A stretch of DNA of 64,000 bases from Octopus vulgaris (GCA_951406725.2 OX597838.1:14260001-14324000); one strand, 5' to 3'; shown: positions 12,241 through 29,153, numbered from the stretch's first letter. Notes: a model not told the origin generated them from the sequence alone. Made by a program: numbers and translations.

Positions 12241-13231
12241 ATATCGCATATTATTTAGTGTTGCAGTTTTGTTTTAAGAAGCTGATTCAGGACTCAACAA
12301 AAAGGGGCTGATTCGGGACTCTCAGATCAACCCCTTATTCAGTAGATATATTATCAAAGGCGTTCTGTATTTTCTGTCAGACATGGTTATATCTAATGTG
12401 TCCTCCCTGAGACTAATTTGAGGGAGATTTAGCTGTTATTTCTAACAGGTTTCAGTAATCATGTCAGGGTTTTATTCTTGATTTGTAGTGGTGTGTAGTG
12501 GCAGTGGTGTGAAGTGGCAGTGGTGTAGTGGTGGTATAGTGAAGGTCAAAAGTTCTTTGCTTTGTTCTGTAAACATACAATATTACTTAGTTGGGGGAAG
12601 GGTAGTGTTTATGGCCCTTTTGCAAGGCCTTTGAAGACTGATGGGAAGGAGAGAGAGAGAGGAAGGTATCCTCCTATCAGAGGCCTCACCTAAATGCACA
12701 CAATGTAGTGGACTCTGCAAACAGCATCCACAAACCAGGTGAGGTTGCAGTTCTAAGTCTACCACCCATGATATGATTTGAATTCAGAAAGCAAAGAGAC
12801 AGAAAAAGTTTCTCAAGTCATCCTATCTAATGCCCCTATGAATCTGCCAGTCCCCTGCCCTAGAGAATTGCAGGAAAGATGAAAGGAAAAATTGACCCTG
12901 GTGGAAATCAAACTCAGAACATAGGGAACTGGAATAAACCCCACTAGGTATTTTCTTTGGTGCTCTAACAACTCTACAAGTTTGCCAGATTGCAAATTTG
13001 TTGTGGGTTGTTTGTTTTCACTCTCTTTTCCTTTACAAAAGTAAGTCATACAAATGTCTTTCTAAACCCTAAAACCATACTTCTTTATATGAACCAAATA
13101 AAGTAGCTTGTAGGTGGTCACTCAACTTGCTAGAAACAGCAACTAAGTTTCCTTCAACCTACGCCTTACTGTCTGAAAAGAAACAGGATTTTAGTGTAGT
13201 ATGAGACTGTTATGGTTTGAATACTACTGTT

Positions 13232-14820
13232 TTCTAAATGTGGAAGGAACCTGTGGAAGAGAAGACTCCGGAAAACTTGAGAGGAAGTGGTGGAAAGTGA
13301 CCTTCAGAAGCAGAGTTTTAATAGGGAAGATGACAGAAGATCAATATGATTGGTAATTTGCTTTGCTTGAGAAGACTCATCCAACTAAGGAAAATCGAAG
13401 TCATAAAGGCATGTCCCTCATGTCCATGCCTCTTTCCCATCACAATCTGTCCCCCCTGTCCAAGCTCTCCCCTACAACCCATCTTCATATCTTCCAACAC
13501 GTCCCTCTACCCCCCACCACTCGGAATCATCACCTGTTGTATTCCTTGCCCCTCTCTGTCTTCCACTCTCCCTCATGAGCCTACATTCACACAATTTGTC
13601 CCTATCGAATCCCTTCCCCCACAACATATCCTCCCAAAAGCTCCTCCCTTAACCTGTGCCCACTCACTGCATTCCTCTCCACTCTCCCTCATGTGCCTAT
13701 ATGCACACAATTTGTCCCAATCGAATCCCTTCCCCCACAACATATCCTCCCAAAAGCTCCTCCCTTAACCTGTGCCCACTCACTGCATTCCTCTCCACTC
13801 TCCATCTCCCACCAGTGAAGGCATGTGGCTTAGTGGTTAGGGATGTTGGACTCATGATCGTAAGATTGTAGTTTCGATTCCTGGGTCAGGTGACACGTTG
13901 TGTTCTTGAGCAAAACATTTCATTTCAGGTTGCCCCAGTCTACCCAGCTGGCAAAAGCGAGTAACCCTCTGATGGGTCAGTGTCTCATCCAGGTGGAGGA
14001 TATATACACCATGGAAACTAGAAAACTGGCCCTTATGAGTCGGTATGACTTGAGAACATACCTTCACCTTTACCTTTGCCATCTCTCACACTCCCCTTGC
14101 AAACTCAGCCTCTCTGATCCCAAGTCCAATTCCTTTTATACACTTCCTTGTGTCTCGGATGTATTCCCCCACCCCACTATCTCATCTTCACCATTTTTTC
14201 TCTCTCCTCTCTCCTCTTTCCCCTTTTTTCTCTCTCCATTTTCTTTCCACCTGAGACATTGATTGGGGGGTGTGAAGAAAAGTCTATTGGGTGGGTGTCC
14301 ACCGTGCTGGGACATATGAGTTTGTTTGTGGGTGTGTTTGTGTATTTTCTGGTCAAACTCTTTGCCAGACTCCCAGGTACTGGCAGAGGGCTGAAATTGG
14401 GGGACTAGTCATGATGGGGCATGCAGGTATGATAGGATGTACTTCTTTTCATATGGGCAAGGATTAAAATTTCCCTTCTGCTATTCAGGCTGGTGCTGGG
14501 AGCTCTTTAAAATCACTCATTTCTCAACCAGGCATAATCTGCTCTTCCTGCTGCTGTTGAAGTAAACACCTTTTTCTGTCCCTCAGTTTTCTGTCCTTCT
14601 ATACTACTCCACACCTCAGACTTTGCAATTTATTCGGTGACCATCTAAAAAGCACCCAGTACACTCTGTAGAGTGGTTTGTACTGGTAAGAGCATCTAGC
14701 TGTGGAAACCACACAAGAGCAGACAGCAGAGCATGGTTCAGTCTTCTGACTGGCCAGCTCCAATTGAAGCATCTAATCCATGCCAGCATCGAAAACAGAC
14801 ACTAGATGATGATGATGATG
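13232..14820 (+). mobile_element. Old RTE LINE 3' region (ORF end, C-rich UTR, (GAT)n tail) interrupted by SINE F
   Basis: LNVEGTCGR..RKT*EEVVESDLQ..MTEDQYDW*FALLEKT at about 13232-13390; degenerate RTE tail at 14640-14820; about 116-bp internal tandem duplication at 13562-13803. Confidence 0.55.
13815..14060 (+). mobile_element. tRNA-derived SINE family F (CORE-like body)
   Basis: GGC.TGTGGCTTAGTGGTTAGGG..GTTTCGATTCC..TTGTGTTCTTGAGCAAAACA; matches 36517-36772 and 58692-59200. Confidence 0.8.
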
Positions 14821-14883
<63 letters not shown>

Positions 14884-14965
14884 GTGAGTTGCCTTTATGC
14901 GCTTTTTGTGTATCTGTGTGTGTATGTATATCTATATATATATATATGTATGATATGTATGCATG

Positions 14966-15009
<44 letters not shown>

Positions 15010-15011
15010 TA

Positions 15012-16076
<1,065 letters not shown>

Positions 16077-16379
16077 CAGATATGCATATGAATATCTCCT
16101 CCCTCCTACCTACCTAATTACCTCCTTAATAACTCAGAGATGTCATCCTTATGAAAAAACAATAGTTAAGTTATTGCCAACGTATTTCATATTTAATGAA
16201 GTTAGTGACTGCTTTCCCTAAGTAAATTTTCCTAATGGATCTATATTTACAAAATGCATGCATAAAATACATGCACACACACAAACACACACACAAATAC
16301 ACACACACAAACACAGATACATATACATACATATACACTATTCCATAAACATATATATATATACACACAAGCATACTCA

Positions 16380-16423
<44 letters not shown>

Positions 16424-16552
16424 CATATATATATACACACATACAAACAAACATACAAACAAACATACATACACACATATATACATATATATATATACAC
16501 ACATATATACATATATATATACACACACATATATACATATATATATACACAC

Positions 16553-16631
<79 letters not shown>

Positions 16632-16870
16632 TACATACATACAGAACACACACAAATCAGACACGCAGAAGGAAAGAGAGAGAGAGGGAGGGGAGAGAGA
16701 GAATGAGAAAGATAGATAGTTATATAGATAGATACAGAGAGGGGCAAAGAAAGGATAGAGAGCAAGAGAAGGGTAGAGAGAAGGGTAAAGAGGGGGAGAG
16801 AGAATGTAAGACTATTTATCTATCTATCTGTCTGTCTGTCTGTATATCTATCTATCTATACATACATACA

Positions 16871-16950
<80 letters not shown>

Positions 16951-17146
16951 CACACATCCATATATTTTTATGTATATTTATGTAAATATATGTCTGTGTA
17001 TGTGTGATTAGATAGATAGATAGAGAGAGAGGAGGAGGGAGAGGAAGAGAGAGAGAGAGTGAAGGGATGGATGGATGGAGGATGGATGGATAAATAAATA
17101 AATAGATGGTTAGATGAGTAGGTAGATAGTTAGTTACATGGAAGGT

Positions 17147-17878
<732 letters not shown>

Positions 17879-18174
17879 ATTGTGACTGATTGGCAGAAAG
17901 GTAAAAAACAAAACCTGTAATACAAATATGGAATGAAAAATCTACCGAAGCCAATCAATGAAGACTCCGCTGGCAGTAGATCTGCGATAATCCTATAACC
18001 AGGTATGTTCTAAAATACATAGTGGGTGAAGGGGGCTGGGGGCTGGGGTCGGGGGGTGGGGGAGAGAGTTTGCTTTGGAAAATTATTTACCGATTATTCC
18101 AAATGAAGCAATCAGGATGAAGAGACTTAGAATGGCGATTGTGATTAAACTGGCAATTAAGCTGATTAGCAGTG

Positions 18175-18665
18175 CTTCTTCTTCTTCTTCTTCTTCTTCT
18201 TCTTCTTCTTCTTCTTCTTCTTCTTCTTCTTCTTCTTCTTCTTCTTCTTCTTCTTCTTCTTCTCCTCCTCCTCATTATTATTATCATTTTCCTTCTTTTT
18301 TCTCCTCCCCTTTCTTCTTCTTCTTAGCTCTTTATTCTCCTTCCTCTCCTTATTTTCCTTCTTCTTCTTCTTCTTCTTCTTCTTCTTCTTCTCTCTTCTT
18401 CTCCTTATTTTCCTTCTTCTTCTTCTTCTTCTTCTTCTTCTTCTCTCTTTCTTCTCCTTATTTTCCTTCTTCTTCTTCTTCTTCTCCTTCCTCTCCTTAT
18501 TTTCCTTCTTCTTCTTCTTCTTCTTCTTCTTCTTCTTCTTCTCTCATTATTCTCCTTCCTCTCCTTATTTTCCTTCTTCTTCTTTTTCTTTTCCTTCTTC
18601 TTCTTCTTCTTCTTTTTCTTCTTCTTCAACTCCTTCTTCTTCTTCTTCTTCTTCTTCTTCTTCTA
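18175..18665. repeat. (TTC)n-derived microsatellite
   Basis: Direct reading. Confidence 0.95.
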
Positions 18666-19038
18666 CTTCCTTTCATTGATAAGATCTATTGGAGAAAGCA
18701 GTAGGATGGAGAGCAAGAGGGAGAGGATTATGAAGTGAGTGGGTGAAGTTGAGAGTAATAGAGAGAAACTGAGGCCTGCGAGGCATCAGACAGAGAGGGG
18801 GAGAGAGCGAGAGAGAGGGAGGAAGAGTGAGAGAGAGAGAGAGAGACGGAGGAAGAGTGAGAGAGAGAGATGGAGGAAGAGTGAGAGAGAGAGAGGGAGG
18901 AAGAGTGAGAGAGAGCTTGTGAAACAGCGTAAAAAGATAAGCGTATTCATACATACAGACTCATATGATATATTCTATGTGTATATGTATATATATATAT
19001 GTGTATGTATTAGTGTACGCACACTCGTATATATATAT

Positions 19039-19172
<134 letters not shown>

Positions 19173-19647
19173 AAAAAAACACACACACAGACACACACAT
19201 GCACACACATATGTACAGATTTATATATGTATGTATATACATGTAATATAATATAATATACACATACACATATGTATATTGATGTATGTACATATATATG
19301 GATCTATGCGTATATGTGTATGCATATATGTATATATAGATATGCATGCGTGTGTATGTATGTGTGTATACATATGTAAGTATGTGTGTGTGTATATATG
19401 TATATATATATAGACTGCTCTACTTCTTAGAATGTGCTTCTCATGATTTATATTTTTCTAAAAACAATATATATACACACACACACACACACATAAATAC
19501 ACACACACTCACATACACACACACACACACACACACATATCTATATGTATATATATGTTTATATATATATATCTATACATATATATATATGTATATATGT
19601 ATGTTTATCCACAATCTTATATACAATATATATATATACATATATAT

Positions 19648-19736
<89 letters not shown>

Positions 19737-20394
19737 TATATATATACACACACACACATATGTATATACACACACACACATATATATATATGTATATACA
19801 CACACACACACACACACATCATGATAGGCAGACAGACAGACAGACAGACAGACAAAGTCACAGACTATTGTGTAGGTGGAGTGAGAGAGATAAAAGAGGT
19901 CGCAATCTCTAATTCCTCTCTCTCTCTCCCTCCCTCTCTCTCTCTCCCTCTCTCTCTCTCTCTCTTCCTATTTCTTCATCCCCCCTCCCCCTCACCTCAC
20001 TTACCCCCACCCGCCCCCCTCCTCGAAATAAATCTCTACAAAATTCTATTCTGCATCTTAGTGAGGAGATCAATAATAAATGGTAAATTCTTTGTTTGTG
20101 GAATCAAGGTGTATTATATTGTTATTGTTGTTCTTGTATGTTGCTCTCAATGCTGGTTCCGCAATAATATCTGGATTTCGTTTTACCATTTTTCGAATGT
20201 GTAGGGTTACACTTTTGTGTGCGCGTTTTGTTTTAGCAAGTTTTGGAAAATTTTTCTTCGTTTCGTTTCGTACTGTGTGTCTGTCTGTGTCTGTGTGTGG
20301 GTGTGTGTGGGTGTTTGTGTGTGTGTGTGTCAGTGAGAGTGTGTGTACGTGTGTCTGCATGTGTGTCTGTATGCATGTGTACATACATATATAC

Positions 20395-20436
<42 letters not shown>

Positions 20437-20512
20437 GTACATATATAGCTATCTCTCTCTATCTATCTATCTATCTATCTATATATCTATATATCTCTAT
20501 CTCTCTCTCTCT

Positions 20513-20593
<81 letters not shown>

Positions 20594-20714
20594 TTATATT
20601 ATATAGAGGGTACTATTATTCATAGGTACCGCATGCTAGGAGGGAAATAAAATATATATACATATACATATATATATAGCTCTCTCTCTGTCTCTCTCTC
20701 TCTCTATCTATCTA

Positions 20715-20757
<43 letters not shown>

Positions 20758-20768
20758 ATGTATGTATG

Positions 20769-20806
<38 letters not shown>

Positions 20807-20814
20807 CATATATG

Positions 20815-20970
20815 GTTTAGATGTACAAATAACATAAGACAGAGGTAAGGTGTATTAGTTTGGCACTCAAGAAAAATGGTACGTCTTTGATGTTTCAAGC
20901 CTACGCTCTTTGTCAAAAGGAATGAAGAAAGAAAAGAGAGGAAGACAAACACATTTGGATTAATGGTGTC
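20815..20970 (-). mobile_element. Repeat family H1-related copy with degenerate hammerhead-like motif at 20885-20920
   Basis: Minus strand CUUUUGACAA-AGAGC-GUAG-GCUU-GAAA-CAUC-AAAG; homologous to 50440-50630. Confidence 0.55.
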
Positions 20971-21419
20971 TCACACACACACATAAATATCTACCATCAT
21001 CATAATTTAATGTCCACCTTCTGTGTTGGCATGGGTGGATCTATCTTTCTATTCATATATACATTCTTTCTTTAAAAGCAGCAGAAATATACCAAAAGCT
21101 CTATATAGAGTCCTTTAACTTTACGTGCCCTTCCCCTTCTCTCACTCACTTCTTTAGCTATCTGTTGCTTATAAGATCCTTACCTTTTCTTTTTCTATTT
21201 CTTCCCCCTCTCTGCATTTTACTTCTAGTCTATATGTATACACCAAGAGATTTTTGCATGTGGGCAAGATTGCGCACATATGTATACATATGTATGTGTA
21301 TTTGTGTGTATATTTATGTCTGTATATGTATGTGGTCTGTGTATATCTATCTGTGTATTTTGATGTATATATGTATATTGATAGTTTAGTAGGCGTATAT
21401 ACTGTTGTGAAATATTAAA

Positions 21420-21830
21420 ATTTTTAATGTATTAATTGTATTAATCGAATTATATTTCATATATAATTAATGACAATATATATTTTGAATCCGCTCTTCG
21501 ATTTAAGGTTTATCCATGATTTTTTATAATAGGATGAATTTATATTGAATTCATTTATTTTGTTTATTTTGTTTATCGCATGCTTAAAACCGTTATTTGA
21601 AAGGACCAATGAAACAAATCCATTTTTAAATGTGTATCCTTTGACTAGTTTTGATCATATCATTATTTCTGTTCTATTTTAACAAAACAGTCCAACGAAT
21701 GGGAACATGAAACTCTGAGTAACAGGTTTTGTTATATTTCTGCTGCTTTTAGATAAAGCATATTACTCTACCTCTGGTATTTGAGTACTCTTTTTTCCAC
21801 CTTGTTTCACATTTATGTGCTTACTCTGGT
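21420..21830 (+). mobile_element. AT-rich Penelope-type terminal region with hammerhead-like motif at 21688-21725
   Basis: CAGT-CCAACGA-ATG-GGAA-CAT-GAAA-CTCTGAG-TA-ACAG. Confidence 0.45.
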
Positions 21831-21862
21831 ATTTATATATGTATATATATATATGTATATAT

Positions 21863-21894
<32 letters not shown>

Positions 21895-21899
21895 CATGC

Positions 21900-22222
21900 C
21901 ACTATGTCAGTTACGATGATGAGGGTACCAGTTGATCTGATCAATGGAACAGCCTGCTTGTGAAATTAACGTGCAATTGGCTGAATACTCCACAGACACG
22001 TGAACCCTTAACGTAGTTCTCAGGGAGATTCAGTGTGACACAGAGTGTGACAAGGCTGGCCCTTTTTGAAATAGAGGTACAAAAGAAACAGGAAGAAAGA
22101 GTGAGAGAAAGTTGTGGTGAAAGAGTACAGCAGGGTTCGCCACCACTCCCTGATGGACAATGCCTGGTCTGGGAATTGAAACCGCGATCATATGACCATG
22201 ATTCAGCTGCTCTATCCACTGG
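21900..22222 (-). mobile_element. tRNA-derived SINE family E
   Basis: Matches 34637-35020 and 52966-53350. Confidence 0.85.
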
Positions 22223-22223
22223 G

Positions 22224-22582
22224 TCATCATCATCATCATCGTTTAACGTCCGCTTTCCATGCTAGCATGGGTTGGACGATTTTGACTGAGGGCTGGCGAA
22301 CCAGATGGCTGCACCAGGCTCCAATCTTGATCTGGCAGAGTTTCTACAGCTGGATGCCCTTCCTAACGCCAACCACTCCGAGAGTGTAGTGGGTGCATTT
22401 TACATGCCACTGGCACAGGGGCCAGTCAGGTGGTACTGGCAATGACCTCGCTCGAATCTTTTTACACATGCCACCGGCACAGGTGCCAGTAAGGCGACGC
22501 TGGTAACGATCAGGCTCGAATGGTGCCCTTTTACGTGCTGCCAGCATGGAAGCCAGTTAGCCACTCTGGCAACGATCTTGCT
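22224..22582 (-). mobile_element. RTE LINE 3'UTR fragment
   Basis: Same tail as 798-1357. Confidence 0.85.
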
Positions 22583-22605
22583 ACACAAATATACACATAC
22601 ATATA

Positions 22606-22821
22606 CAAAGGGTTGGTGAAAAGTTCTTGGCATTAAAGTTATCACAAAACGCCAGATTGGAGGCCCAACCTTTAGAGTTCTTTTACAGGGTGTAGAGAAA
22701 ATGAAGAACTGCTGCAATAAGTGTGTGAACCTAAGAAGGGAATATGTTCAATAAAATCATAATTAACTGATCCTCTTGAATTCCCTTTTACACAAAGCCA
22801 GGAACATTTCACCACCCATCA
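22606..22821 (+). mobile_element. Mariner-derived MITE
   Basis: TA-flanked imperfect TIRs CAAAGGGTTGGTGAAAAGTTCTTGGC / GCCAGGAACATTTCACCACCCATCA; internal KCVNLRREYVQ* resembles the mariner transposase C-terminus. Confidence 0.7.
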
Positions 22822-22837
22822 TATATTTTAATGAGTT

Positions 22838-23082
22838 TCTTTTACTTGTTTCACTCATTTGACTGCAGCCATGCTGGAGCACTGCCTTTAGTCAAACAAA
22901 TTGATCTCAGGACTTATTCTTTGTGAGCCTTGTACTTATTCTGTTGGTATCTTTTTGCCGAAATGCTAAGTTACATGGATGTAAACACATCAACATCGGT
23001 TGTCAAGCGATGTTGAGGGGACAAACACACACACACACACACAAATACACACATACATACATATATGTATACACACACACAA

Positions 23083-23130
<48 letters not shown>

Positions 23131-23291
23131 GATAGGCTTCTTTCAATTTCCATCTACCAAATCCACTCACATGGCTTTAGTTGGCCCAAGGCTATAGTAG
23201 AAGACACTTGCCCAAGGTGCCATGCAGTGGGACTGAACCTAAAAGTATGTGGCTGGAAGCAAGCTTCTTACTACACACCCATGTCTGTGCC
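22838..23291 (-). mobile_element. SINE family A
   Basis: Reverse complement of family A. Confidence 0.85.
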
Positions 23292-23603
23292 TATATATGT
23301 TATATATATATATATATGTATATATATATAGGCACTGGCATCCGTGTGTGGTAAGAAACTTGCGTCCCAACCACATGGTTGTCCTGAAGTGGGAGTTGTG
23401 GTCCTATTGATAAAGTCCCAAATTTGTAATAATAATATTATAAACGATACTGTTTACATTGCATTAGTAAAGTGTAAAATAGTAAATGTCCTGATAACCT
23501 GGAATACTTGTTATTGCATAAGATTTTAAATATATATATATATATATATACATATACAAACACACACACACACACACACACATATATATGTATATATATA
23601 TAT

Positions 23604-23702
<99 letters not shown>

Positions 23703-23783
23703 CACACACACACATATATATGTATGTATATATATATATATATATACACACTCATATATATGTATATATATGCATATCATATA

Positions 23784-23814
<31 letters not shown>

Positions 23815-23886
23815 TATATATGTGTATATGTATATATATATGTATATATAAAATATATGTGTATATGTATATATATATGTATGTGT

Positions 23887-23925
<39 letters not shown>

Positions 23926-24519
23926 TCTGTGTAATCATGTGTGTGCATGTGTGTGTGTGTGCGATTTTCTCTGTTGGCACCCATATGGATGCATGGGGAG
24001 CTTGTGAAATGAACGGAGCCACATTAGTTTCTCTGAATTCATTAGAATTTCATAAACAGTCTCATTTTTAATTGCTTGTTTTTTGTTTTTTCTTTTTTTG
24101 TTTTTTACATTGGACTCAAAGCCAAAGTTTTGCAATAATCATAATTTTGGAATGACTCCAGTAAGGTGCAGCAATGGAAAGCAGAAGACGAAGGGTCAGA
24201 ATAAATATCCTATGGCATCTCGTCTGACGCTCTACCAATTCTGCCCCCCATCCCTCCATCCCCACTGTGGACTGGTATTTTGTTCATTGTCCTCAGTAAA
24301 AGATAAAAGGTAATATTAATTGTGGGAGGATTTGAACTCAGAAAGCAGAGAGCCAGAACAAATAATGATTTCGAATTTTGGCACAAGGCCAGCAATTTTA
24401 GGGGATGGGGCTAAGTCAGATACATCAACCCCAGTGTTTAACTAGTACTTATTTTATCAACCCTGAAAGGATAAAAGGTAAAGTGGACCATGGCAGAATT
24501 TGAACTCAGAACATAAAGA

Positions 24520-25068
24520 CGAGTGGCTGTGTGGTAAGTAGCTTGCTTACCAACCTCATGGTTTTGGGTTCAGTCCCATTGCATGGCCATTTGGGCAAGT
24601 GTCTTCTACTATAGCCTCGGGCCGACCAAAGCCTTGTGAGTGGATTTGGTAGACGGAAACTGAAAGAGACTGAAAGAAATTTGGTAGACAGAAACTGAAA
24701 GGCAGCGAGCTGGCAGAAACATTAGCATTTTGGGCGAAATGTTTAGCGGTATTTCATCTAGCGTTACGTTCTGAGTTCAAATTCCACCGAGGTCAACTTT
24801 ACCTTTCATCCTTTCGGGGTTAATAAATTAAGTACCAGTTACATACTGGGGTTGATGTAATCGACTTAATCCCTTTGTCTGTCCTTGTTTGTCCCCTCTA
24901 TGTTTAGTCCCTTGTGGGCAGTAAAGAAATAAGAATCTGAAAGAAGCTCATTGTATATATGTATACATGTGTGTGTGTGTGTGTGTGCATCTTTTTGTGT
25001 GTCTGTGTTTGTCCCCCCCCCCCAACGTTGCTTGACAACCAATGGTGGTGTGTTTACGTCCCTGTGAC
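24520..25068 (+). mobile_element. SINE family A interrupted by SINE family B (about 24700-24933)
   Basis: Family A head breaks at GAAACTGAAAG, a family B copy follows, and family A resumes at CTGAAAGAAGC (about 24937). Confidence 0.85.
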
Positions 25069-25070
25069 TC

Positions 25071-25104
<34 letters not shown>

Positions 25105-25151
25105 TCGAAAAATACCTTAGGAATGAGAACCCAGGTTCGAAATTTCCCGAA

Positions 25152-25197
25152 GACACCTGATGAAGGCTGGAGGGTATATCAGCCGAAATGTTGTGTT
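25152..25197 (+). ncRNA. Minimal type I hammerhead ribozyme candidate (intact catalytic boxes) in a short element at about 25100-25268
   Basis: GACAC-CUGAUGA-A-GGCUG-(10-nt loop)-CAGCC-GAAA-UGUU-GUGUU: stem I GACAC/GUGUU, stem II GGCUG/CAGCC, GUU cleavage triplet. Confidence 0.7.
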
Positions 25198-25858
25198 AAC
25201 AACAAAGATGAGGACAAATATTCGCCGAATGTAAATAATGTAAATAATGTACATAATTCCTCATCTATATAGAACTGTATAGAACTGTAGTTTATAAATA
25301 TAGAACTGTAGTTTATATACATTGAATGGTTATAGGGGTCTACCTGAATATAATAGTAACCAAAGGGGTCCACAGATAAAAAAAAATGGTTGAGAAGCTG
25401 TGATTTAGAAGCTTTGCTATGGGCTTTGAGCAAAGACACTCCAACCATGACTGCGTCATCTATGTACAGGGAACCCAGGATGGCATCATCCATCAACCAC
25501 TCAACGTGTTCGTCTATTGATTGTGTGATTCAGGATATGAAGGTGAGGATTTAGCTGCTATTTCTAGCAAATCGTGTAACCACATAGAAGCTGCTTTGAT
25601 GACGTAAAGACTTGGACACCTCTGTGATGGCGGTGACGGAAGTGACGAGGGGGTGGGTGAGTTGTAAGATGTGTAATAAATATATGATGTATCTTAAGTG
25701 TGTAGATGGATGTATGGGTGTAGGAGTGGGTGGGTGGGTGGCTGGTATGACATAATTAGGACTTAATTACTTGCTGCAGAAAATATCTCGTCAGCAAATT
25801 CAATTATCACAAAATGGAATCGATCATTGAATAAGAAAACAAATTCAATGTGTGAATG

Positions 25859-27140
<1,282 letters not shown>

Positions 27141-27312
27141 TAAATTTCCTTCCAACCTTATGTTTTCTCCACTCACAGGGTAACCACTTTTCAGAGGGTA
27201 TTGAGTGCATTTTCTTACGGCATTAGTACTTGCGAGGGTGCCCTGCAGCCTGTAAAGCAGAAACGATCTCTAAATACTAAGTTGCTTTTATGCATTCTGG
27301 AAAAAGTGACCA

Positions 27313-27730
27313 GCAGGAGTGGCTGTGTGGTAAGTAGCTTGCTTACCAACCACATGGTTCCGGGTTCAGTCCCACTGCGTGGCATCTTGGGCAAATGCTT
27401 TCTGCTATAGCCTCGGGCCGACCAATGCCTTGTGAGTGGATTTGGTAGATGGAAACTGAAAGAAGCCTGTCGTATATATGTATATATATATATGTGTGTG
27501 TGTATGTGTGTATATGCTTGTGTGTCTGTGTTTGTCCCTCTAGCATTGCTTGACAACCGATGCTGGTGTGTTTACGTCCCCGTAACTTAGTAGTTCGGCA
27601 AAAAAGAGACTGATAGAATAAGTACTGGGCTTACAAAGAATAAGTCCTGGGGTCAATTTGCTCGACTAAAGGCGGTGCTTCAGCATGGCCACAGTCAAAT
27701 GACTGAAACAAGTAAAAGAGAAAAAAGAGA
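27313..27730 (+). mobile_element. SINE family A with TSD
   Basis: AAAAAGTGACCAGCAG at 27301-27316 and 27731-27746. Confidence 0.9.
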
Positions 27731-27817
27731 AAAAAGTGACCAGCAGAGTTAGCTGAAGCCAGAGAGAATGCAAAAATTGGTAAAAAGGTGAATTGGAGAC
27801 AGAAATGTAAGTATGAA

Positions 27818-28057
27818 TAAGGCGCCGAGCTGGCAGAAGTGTTAGCACACCGGGCAAAATGCTTAGCAGTATTTCGTCTGCTGTTACGTTCTGAGTTCAA
27901 ATTCCGCCAGGTCGACTTTGCCTTTCATCCTTTCGGGGTCGATAAATTAAGTACTAGTTATGCACTGGGGTTGATGTAATTGGCTTAATCCCTTTGTCTG
28001 TCCTTGTTTGTCCCCTCTGTGTTTAGCCCTTTGTGGGCAATATAGAAATAAGAAATA
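27818..28057 (+). mobile_element. SINE family B with 17-bp TSD
   Basis: AGAAATGTAAGTATGAA at 27801-27817 and 28058-28074. Confidence 0.9.
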
Positions 28058-28147
28058 AGAAATGTAAGTATGAAGGGGAAGAAGGGAGAATAGTATGGGT
28101 GGGTTGATAATGTTAAAGAGGAAAGAGGGATAAGGGAGAGAGAGTAA

Positions 28148-28454
28148 TTGTTGTTTGTTCCTTCTCGAGCCATGCCTGGCTCATAAGGGCCGGTTTCCCG
28201 GTTTCCTTAGCATATAGGTTCCCCACCTGGATGGGACGCCGGTCTGTCGCAGGTGAGCTACAAGATGTAGGAGGAAAGCGTGAGAGAAAGTTATGGCGAA
28301 AGAGTCAGCAGAAGTTTCGCCATTACCTTCTGCCGGAGACGCGTGGAGCTTAGGTGTTTCGCTCATAAACACACACATCGCCCGGTCCGAGATTCGAACC
28401 CGCGATCCCTCGACTGCGAGTCCGCTGCTCTAACCACTAGGCCATGTGCCTCCA
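28148..28454 (-). mobile_element. tRNA-derived SINE family D, full length
   Basis: Minus-strand head GGAGGCACATGGCCTAGTGGTTAGAGCAGCGGAC..GGTTCGAATC, tail AGGAACAAACAACAA. Confidence 0.9.
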
Positions 28455-28954
28455 TAGAGAGAGTAATGGCAGTGTGTAATGAGAGAGAGAGAGAGAGTGA
28501 GAGAGTAACACTGATGTGTAATGAGAGAGACAGAAAGGAGAAAGACAGAAAAGGTTGGGTGTAATGAGGGTGTAGCAGGAATATTCAGCAATCACATGAT
28601 GTCGTAGTTCAGTCATGTGATCAATAAAATCTGACCAATCACGACTTTGAGTGGGATAGGCTCCAATGACAATCTCATCTTTTGGCACACTTCCTTTGAG
28701 CCTATTGATCAGTATAGATTCAGTGGATAGTGATTGCGGACAGGGAGCTTTGGGATGCTGTAGAGAGAGCATTGACAGACACTGTAAGAGTTGGCCAACA
28801 GAGACAAGGGACAAGGTTTAATGACGTTGAAAGCAATGACAGAGTCTAATGAGAGAGAGAGAGGGGGAGGAGAAATGAGAGGGAGAAGTGAGAGGGAGTA
28901 ACAAGAGAGACACGAAAGGAGAGTGTAATAGGGTGTGATGAGAGAAAAAGTAAT

Positions 28955-29153
28955 AAGGCTTTGGTCAGCCCGAGGCTATAGTAGAAGACACTTGCCTAGG
29001 GTGCCACGCAGTGGGACAGAACCCGGACCCATGTGGTTTGTAAGCAAGCTACTTACCACACAGCCACTCCTGCACCTACAGAATCCTTCCACAACATTTA
29101 CTAATCCTGCTCCTTCCCCCATAATTTCTTCTGCATAAACATATGCATATATG

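Noticed and set aside
20078-20192. AAATGGTAAA/TTTACCATTT inverted repeat as a pre-miRNA
   Set aside because: AT-rich 10-mer with poor pairing of the enclosed sequence; likely chance.
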